From contig DATKSQ010000093.1 in the NCBI GenBank assembly GCA_035531615.1, positions 45,700 through 109,699 on the forward strand: 64,000 nucleotides of DNA, given 5' to 3'. The position numbers and the translations under genes were made by a program. Origin of the DNA: Candidatus Binataceae bacterium. GTDB taxonomy: Bacteria > Desulfobacterota > Binatia > Binatales > Binataceae. Positions 54,950 to 64,000 of the stretch are shown in pieces; position 1 is the first letter of the stretch, and the number at the start of each line of letters is the position of its first letter. The notes beneath the pieces were generated by a model, which made no database searches, was not told the origin of the DNA, and was given only the letters and a program-made list of their open reading frames with translations.

Positions 54950-56896
54950 ATGAAACCGCTGGCCAAATTCGACCTCGTCTCGATCGAGGATCTCGCGCTG
55001 CCCGAGATCGAGCGCATCTTCACGCTTGCCGACGGCTTCGCGTCCGCGCTCGAACGCGGCGAGCCGCTGTCGCTCGCGAGCGGGCTCATCATGGCGACGC
55101 TTTTCTACGAGCCTTCGACCCGCACGCGGCTCAGCTTCGAATCCGCGATGCATCGCCTCGGCGGCGCGGTCATCAGCTCCGCCGACATGAACGCAAGCTC
55201 GGTCGCCAAGGGCGAGAGCCTTGCCGACACTGCGCGGATCGTCAGCGGATACGCGGACCTGCTCGTGCTGCGCCATCCGCACGACGGCGCGGCTCGCGTC
55301 GCCGCCGAATACGCGCCGTGCCCCGTCATCAACGCGGGCGACGGCAGCCGCGAGCATCCGACGCAGACCCTGTGCGACCTGTTCATCCTGCGGCGCAAGA
55401 AGGGCCGGCTCAAGGGACTCACCGTCGCGTTGTGCGGCGATTTGAAATTCGGCCGCACCGTTCATTCGCTCATCTATGCGCTGGCCCGCTTCGGCGCGAA
55501 TATCGTGGCGGTGCCCACCGCGGGAATGGAAGTTCCCGAGTACGTCCTCGAGCGGCTTGCGGCCGAGCGCAATTACAGCTTCTCGACCGTCACGATGGAC
55601 GAGCTGAAGTCCGTCGCCGGCGGGCTGGACGCGCTGTACCTGACCCCCAGCGCGCCGCATCAGATGGCGCTGTTCACCGGCGAGGCTCCGCACGGCAAGA
55701 TTCCCGCCGCCGCGCCGCCGCTCCTGCTTGACGCCTTCTACATCACGCGGCTGCAAAAGGAGCGGATGACGGGCAAGGACGCCAAGCCCGGCGATTACGT
55801 GCGCTTCGACGCGCGTGCTCTCAAAGGGCATCGCGCGCAAGAGGCGGTGGTGATGCATCCGCTGCCGCGCGCCGGCGAGCTCGCCTACGAACTCGACGCC
55901 GATCCGCGCGCGGTTTATTTCGAGCAGGCCGCCGCCGGAGTTCCCGTCCGAATGGCGCTGATCGCGTGGCTTATCGAGCAGTCGGGCGCGCAGCGCGGCG
56001 CGCAAACCGCGACCGCCGAGCCGATTCGCATCAAGGCCGAACCGTCGCCGCGATGCGCCAATCCGAATTGCATCACGCGGTTCGAGTCGGCGTACCTGCA
56101 TCCGCGCTTCAAGCTCGCGCGCCCGGCCGATCGCAACGTGCTGCCACTGCGCTGCGATTTCTGCGAGCGCGAACTGCACGTCGAGTTCGTGGGCCATGCC
56201 CGCTCGCATCGCTACTATCGCTACGATGAAAACCTTTACGGTTACGTCCGCAATTGGATCGCCGAAGGCTCGCTCGCCGTCTTCGACAGCGTCAAACAGG
56301 CCGAAGAGAACGGCTATGAGCCGTACAAACGCGGCCCCCAGCGCGAGGTTATGAACGCCCCGGAAATCTCGAGCGCGGTCGATTCTCTCGCCGCGCAGGT
56401 GATCGCGGATACCCCCGACCTTACCAATGTCTCGATCGTCGGGGTCGTGAGCCACGGCGCGATGCTGGCGGTTCGCCTGCGCGACCTGATCGCCGAGCGC
56501 TCGGGAGTGCGCCCGCCGACCGCGGCGCTCGACGTTTACAATCCCGCCGGCGCGATCGTCGCGCTCGATAGCGGAGAGCCGTTCGCGGTCGAAGCCCGCA
56601 CCATCGTGATCGTCGATGACGTCATCAATAGCGGATGGACCGTGCAACGCGCCATGACGACGCTGTGGCAGCACGGCCGCCCGGCCTCGGTCAGGCTCGC
56701 GGTGCTGATCGATCGAGGCCATCGCGCGGTTCCGATTCGTCCCAACTACGTCGGCAAGAATATCCCGACCTCGCGCACCGATCGCGTCCAGGTCAGGCTC
56801 GCGGCGCCGGGCTCCGCCGAAAAGCATCCGCCGCACGACCGGGTCATGATTTACTCGATGGTCGAAGAAATGGGCGCCTCGGAGCGCGCCGAATGA
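54950..56896 (+). CDS. pyrB: aspartate carbamoyltransferase catalytic chain fused to a PyrI-type zinc domain and a PyrR-like PRTase domain
   Basis: 648 aa. ATCase motifs are FYEPSTRTRLSFE, HPTQ, GDLKFGRTVHS and HPLPR. The zinc domain is C369-x4-C374-x27-C402-x2-C405. The PyrR-like domain runs from about aa 468 to 640 (IVIVDDVINSGWTV, LAVLIDRGHRAVPIRPNYVGKNIPTS). Confidence 0.85.
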   Translation: MKPLAKFDLVSIEDLALPEIERIFTLADGFASALERGEPLSLASGLIMATLFYEPSTRTRLSFESAMHRLGGAVISSADMNASSVAKGESLADTARIVSGYADLLVLRHPHDGAARVAAEYAPCPVINAGDGSREHPTQTLCDLFILRRKKGRLKGLTVALCGDLKFGRTVHSLIYALARFGANIVAVPTAGMEVPEYVLERLAAERNYSFSTVTMDELKSVAGGLDALYLTPSAPHQMALFTGEAPHGKIPAAAPPLLLDAFYITRLQKERMTGKDAKPGDYVRFDARALKGHRAQEAVVMHPLPRAGELAYELDADPRAVYFEQAAAGVPVRMALIAWLIEQSGAQRGAQTATAEPIRIKAEPSPRCANPNCITRFESAYLHPRFKLARPADRNVLPLRCDFCERELHVEFVGHARSHRYYRYDENLYGYVRNWIAEGSLAVFDSVKQAEENGYEPYKRGPQREVMNAPEISSAVDSLAAQVIADTPDLTNVSIVGVVSHGAMLAVRLRDLIAERSGVRPPTAALDVYNPAGAIVALDSGEPFAVEARTIVIVDDVINSGWTVQRAMTTLWQHGRPASVRLAVLIDRGHRAVPIRPNYVGKNIPTSRTDRVQVRLAAPGSAEKHPPHDRVMIYSMVEEMGASERAE

Positions 56897-58263
56897 CACC
56901 GGCCGCATTTATCCGCGGTGGTCGCGTCATCGATCCCGCATCGGGAATCGACGGAGATTTCGATGTGCTCATCAGCGGCGGCGAAATCGAAGCCCTCGAA
57001 CCGGCTGGCGCGCTCGCCGCCTCGGCCTCGGGCACCGCGCTGATCGACGCGTCGGGATGCTGGGTCGTGCCGGGACTCATCGACCCGCACGTGCATCTGC
57101 GCGATCCCGGCTTTCCCGAAAAAGAAACCATCGCCAGCGGCCTGCGCGCCGCCGCCGCCGGCGGATTCACCGCCGTCGCCGCGATGGCCAACACCAATCC
57201 GGTCAATGATATTCCCGCGACCACCCGCTACATGCTCGAACGCGCCGGTCAGGCGCGCGCCGCCCGGCTGATTGCGGTCTCCGCTGTGACGCGTGGACTC
57301 GCGGGCCTCGAGTGCGTGGATTTCGCCGCGATGGCCGAGGCGGGGGTGCGGATGTTCTCCGATGACGGGATGCCGGTGGATGATCAGGTGGTACTCCGCA
57401 GCGCGATGGAGCGGATCGCGCGGCTCGACTTCGCGATTTCGCTGCACGAGGAAGACCGCGGCCTGTCCTGCCACGGCGCGGTTGACGCGGGCGAAATCGC
57501 ACGGCGGCTCGCGGTCAGCGGATACAGCGCGGCCGCCGAAGCCCAGCGCATCCGGCGCGATCTGGCGCTGGCGATCGGCTTGGGCGCGCCGATTCATATC
57601 GCGCACGTCTCGACTCGGGAATCGCTCGATCTAATCCGCGCGGCGCGGCGAAGCGGCGCGCGGGTAACCTGCGAAGTAACCCCGCATCATTTCGCGCTCG
57701 ACTCGGGCGCGGTATTGCGATGGGGTCCGAACGCCAAGATGAATCCTCCCTTGCGCTCGCGCGAGGATGTCGCCGCGATCGGCGCGGCTATCGCCGACGG
57801 CACGATCGACATGATCGCGAGCGACCACGCGCCGCACGATCCCGCCTCGAAGCATCTTGACGCGCTGGCCGGCTATTTCGCACCCGATCGCGACGCCCAT
57901 GCGCTGCCCGCCGAGGTCGCGCGCGAATTTGGCGCCGCCGCCAACGGCATCGTCGGCCTCGAAACCTCGCTCGGCCTGGCGCTGGAACTGGTGCATCGAT
58001 CATTGATTGGCGCCGCGCGATTGGTTGAGATGATGAGCCTCAATCCCGCCGCGCTGCTCCGGCTTGACGCCGGAACCCTGGCGCCGGGAGGAGCGGCAGA
58101 TATTACCGTGATCGATCCTAACCTTGAATGGAGCGTCGAGCCCGCCCGCTTCCGGTCGATGAGCCGCAACACTCCGTTCGCCGGCCGCCGGCTGCGCGGA
58201 AGAGCGATCCTCACGATCGTCGCAGGCGAAGTCGTGTTCGACGCCCGCAGGACCGAGCGATGA
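56893..58263 (+). CDS. pyrC: dihydroorotase
   Basis: [13 protein letters not shown] metal-binding motif, and ASDHAPH. ATGA overlap with the pyrB stop. The track start at 56635 is an extension. Confidence 0.9.
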   Translation: MTPAAFIRGGRVIDPASGIDGDFDVLISGGEIEALEPAGALAASASGTALIDASGCWVVPGLIDPHVHLRDPGFPEKETIASGLRAAAAGGFTAVAAMANTNPVNDIPATTRYMLERAGQARAARLIAVSAVTRGLAGLECVDFAAMAEAGVRMFSDDGMPVDDQVVLRSAMERIARLDFAISLHEEDRGLSCHGAVDAGEIARRLAVSGYSAAAEAQRIRRDLALAIGLGAPIHIAHVSTRESLDLIRAARRSGARVTCEVTPHHFALDSGAVLRWGPNAKMNPPLRSREDVAAIGAAIADGTIDMIASDHAPHDPASKHLDALAGYFAPDRDAHALPAEVAREFGAAANGIVGLETSLGLALELVHRSLIGAARLVEMMSLNPAALLRLDAGTLAPGGAADITVIDPNLEWSVEPARFRSMSRNTPFAGRRLRGRAILTIVAGEVVFDARRTER

Positions 58264-59459
58264 CCGCGCCGCATCAAGCCGCGATTCTTGCCCTCGCCGA
58301 CGGGCGCGTGTTCCGCGGCCGCGCGTTCGGCGCAATCGGCGAAAGGGTTGGCGAGGTCGTGTTCAACACCGCGATGACCGGTTACCAGGAAGTGCTGACC
58401 GATCCTTCCTACAAGGGACAAATCGTGTGCATGACCTATCCCGAGATCGGCAACGTCGGGATAAACCGGGAGGACGCTGAATCGCGCCGCGTCTTTGTCG
58501 AGGGCTTTGTCGTCCGCGAATATTGGGACCGCCCGTCGAACTGGCGCGCCGAGCAGCCGCTCGGCGAATACCTCGAAGCCGCCGGCGTGCCCGCAATCCA
58601 GGGAATCGACACGCGCGCTCTCGTCCGTCATATCCGCGAACACGGCGCGCAAGAGGCTGTCATCTCGAGTATCGACCTCGACGAGCGCTCGCTCGTCGCC
58701 AAGGCTCGATCCTCGCCGGGACTGGTCGGGCGCGACCTCGTGAAGGAAGTCACCTGCGCCGAGGCCTACGACTGGCACATCGGAAGGTGGCGTCTTGCGG
58801 GCGGATACGCGCGCGTCACGCGAGCGGAGCAGGGCGATGCGCCGCTGGTCGTCGCACTCGACTACGGGATCAAGCTCAACATCCTGCGCCTGCTGGTCGC
58901 GACCGGGTTTCGCGTCCGCGTGATGCCCGCGCAATCGACAGCGGAGCAGATTCTGGCGGAGAATCCGGACGGAATTTTTCTGTCCAATGGGCCAGCCGAC
59001 CCGGCGGCGCTTCCGTATGCTCATCGGGCGGTCGCCGGGGTTTTGGGCAAGCGGCCGGTCTTCGGCATCTGTTTGGGTCATCAGATAATCGGTCTCGCGT
59101 TGGGCGGAAAAACCTACAAACTCGATTTCGGGCATCACGGCGCGAATCATCCGGTGATGGATCTGCGCACGCGCCGGGTCGAGATCACTTCGCAGAATCA
59201 TGGCTTCGCGGTCGATTCCGACTCGGTCGCGGGCCGCGCCGAGCTTTCGCATCTGAACCTGAACGATCGCACGGTCGAGGGACTACGCGGCCAAGGCGCG
59301 CCGTTCTTTTCAGTGCAATATCATCCCGAGGCGTCGCCCGGCCCGCACGACTCGGGCTATCTGTTCAGGCGCTTCAAGCGGATGGTCGAGCTGTATCCCA
59401 AGCATGGCGCCGAAACGCTCGACCGCGTCGCCGCCGAGGAAGCGGCCGCCTCGAAATGA
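58260..59459 (+). CDS. carA: carbamoyl-phosphate synthase small subunit
   Basis: [17 protein letters not shown]-terminus, the GICLGHQ amidotransferase Cys, and [16 protein letters not shown] overlap with pyrC. Confidence 0.95.
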   Translation: MTAPHQAAILALADGRVFRGRAFGAIGERVGEVVFNTAMTGYQEVLTDPSYKGQIVCMTYPEIGNVGINREDAESRRVFVEGFVVREYWDRPSNWRAEQPLGEYLEAAGVPAIQGIDTRALVRHIREHGAQEAVISSIDLDERSLVAKARSSPGLVGRDLVKEVTCAEAYDWHIGRWRLAGGYARVTRAEQGDAPLVVALDYGIKLNILRLLVATGFRVRVMPAQSTAEQILAENPDGIFLSNGPADPAALPYAHRAVAGVLGKRPVFGICLGHQIIGLALGGKTYKLDFGHHGANHPVMDLRTRRVEITSQNHGFAVDSDSVAGRAELSHLNLNDRTVEGLRGQGAPFFSVQYHPEASPGPHDSGYLFRRFKRMVELYPKHGAETLDRVAAEEAAASK

Positions 59460-59512
59460 ACACGCGCGCAATCGCGGCCAGGCCGCGCCAATGACCGACT
59501 GGAAAATTTGAC

Positions 59513-62719
<3,207 letters not shown>

Positions 62720-62748
62720 CCAACCGCGCACTATGGCTCCCAAAGCCC

Positions 62749-64000
62749 ATGCGCGAGCATCGCACCGATAAGCCGGCGCGCGCCGCCGCGCCGGTGATCT
62801 CTCCCGAGACCGAGGTTTCAAGCCTTCCCGGCGTCGGCCCCAAGCGCGCGGCCGCGATGGCCGAGCGCGCGATCCGCACGCTGCGCGATCTGGTCTTTCA
62901 TCTGCCCGCGCGCTACCAGGACTGGCGTGCGCTGACTCCGATCGCCGGCCTTGCGCCCGGCGCGATGGTGACAGTGAGCGGAGCGTTGGGAAAGATAGCC
63001 GAACGCCCGATGCGCGGATCGCCGTGGCGCCGCCTTGCCAACGGATTGTTGACTGAGCAGGGCGGGGCGAAGATTCGCCTGGTATGGTTCAATCTGCCCG
63101 GCTACATGCGCGGACGGATGCCGGCCGGCGAAAGCGTCCTCGCGCACGGACGCGTGACTGCGACCGCCGATGGCGGTCTCGAGATTGTACAGCCGGAGCT
63201 GCATCCGCTGGCGCTCGGCGCGCCGCCCCCGGTGCGCGCCGTTTACCGGCTACCGGCGTCGATCGGCCAGCGCGTATTCGCGGCGCTGGTGCGCAGGGCG
63301 CTCGACGCGATCGCTTTTCAGATCACGGGCGCGATTCCCCAGGCACTGTCCCCGGCGCTCTCGATTGGCGACGCGCTTCGCTATCTGCACCAGCCGCCCG
63401 CGGATGCGGATCGCGCGGGACTCGAGCGCGGTGATTCGCCGGGGCATCGTGCGCTCGCCTTCGATGAGCTGTTCGCGTTCGAGCTGGCGCTGTGCCTGGA
63501 GCGCGAGCGCGCCGCCGGCCGCGCGGGCGTGGCGCTCGGCGCTCCGGCAGTCACGACCTCGCGATGGCTTTCCGAGTTGCCCTTCGCGTTGACGGCCGCG
63601 CAGGCGCGCGCGCTCGGTGAGATCGGCGCCGATCTCGAACGGCCCGCGCAGATGCATCGGATGCTGATGGGCGACGTCGGCAGCGGCAAGACTCTCGTCG
63701 CCTTCTGGGCGGCTCTGCGCGCGGTCGAGTGCGGCTATCAGGCCGCTATCATGGCGCCCACCGAGCTCTTGGCCGAGCAGCATCACGTGAGCTTCCAGAG
63801 CCTGTGCGGCAGACTCGGCGTGGTCGCGGGCCTGCTGACCGGGAAGGTCACGGGCGCGCCCCGCGCCGCGACCCTGCGCAGTCTTGCGTCGGGAGCGATG
63901 CCGATAGTGTTCGGCACTCACGCCATTATCCAGGAGCGCGTCAAGATTCGCCGCCTCGGTCTCGGCGTGATCGATGAGCAGCATCGCTTCGGCGTGTTCG
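62749..64000 (+). CDS. recG: ATP-dependent DNA helicase RecG (5' part; runs off the window)
   Basis: An open frame absent from the track because it has no stop in the window. LPGVGPKRAAAM, wedge domain, Walker A GDVGSGKT, and DEQHRFGV at the window end. Confidence 0.85.
   Translation, partial: MREHRTDKPARAAAPVISPETEVSSLPGVGPKRAAAMAERAIRTLRDLVFHLPARYQDWRALTPIAGLAPGAMVTVSGALGKIAERPMRGSPWRRLANGLLTEQGGAKIRLVWFNLPGYMRGRMPAGESVLAHGRVTATADGGLEIVQPELHPLALGAPPPVRAVYRLPASIGQRVFAALVRRALDAIAFQITGAIPQALSPALSIGDALRYLHQPPADADRAGLERGDSPGHRALAFDELFAFELALCLERERAAGRAGVALGAPAVTTSRWLSELPFALTAAQARALGEIGADLERPAQMHRMLMGDVGSGKTLVAFWAALRAVECGYQAAIMAPTELLAEQHHVSFQSLCGRLGVVAGLLTGKVTGAPRAATLRSLASGAMPIVFGTHAIIQERVKIRRLGLGVIDEQHRFGVF

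Noticed and set aside
54551-56908. 785-aa ORF on the minus strand
   Set aside because: It is antisense to pyrR and pyrB, whose motifs are unambiguous. The composition is typical of a shadow frame.

Overview
The window is a 64-kb stretch of high-GC (about two-thirds G+C by eye) bacterial chromosome. It looks like an uncultivated soil or sediment lineage, but I cannot place it from sequence alone. Most of it is conserved housekeeping content:
- acpP and nrdR-ribD-ribBA-nusB
- holA and rpsT
- mazG, yebC and ruvCAB
- uvrC and icd
- a TCA block, mdh-sdhCAB-sucCD-ndk
- rlmN, MTAP, and lepA followed by two lepB copies
- a Bacillus/Mycobacterium-style pyrimidine operon, pyrR-pyrB-pyrC-carA-carB
- the 5' part of recG

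The non-routine content is:
1. A solitary 1144-aa fused nuclease-like/gamma-class N6-adenine methyltransferase (single-chain RM-like). It is bracketed by direct repeats in the uvrC-icd spacer.
2. A 648-aa PyrB that carries a PyrI-type zinc domain and a second PyrR-like domain.
3. A translationally coupled three-gene envelope glycosylation module: a double GT-C fusion, a CBM-like anchored protein, and a polytopic membrane protein with PA14. A nucleotide-sugar / polyprenyl-phosphate sugar module lies elsewhere in the window.
4. A BrnT/BrnA-like toxin-antitoxin pair with a perfect palindromic operator.
5. A small low-GC islet of orphan ORFs upstream of pyrR.
6. Several families of MITE/REP-like repeats that fill nearly every long intergenic spacer. 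One of them supplies the stop codons of two convergent genes.

I recognised no rRNA, tRNA or CRISPR array by eye. Many long ORFs in the track are antisense shadows typical of high-GC DNA and are rejected. Several start codons were moved downstream of the track ORF start, based on conserved N-termini and ATGA/TGATG coupling. All family assignments come from motif recognition, not database searches.
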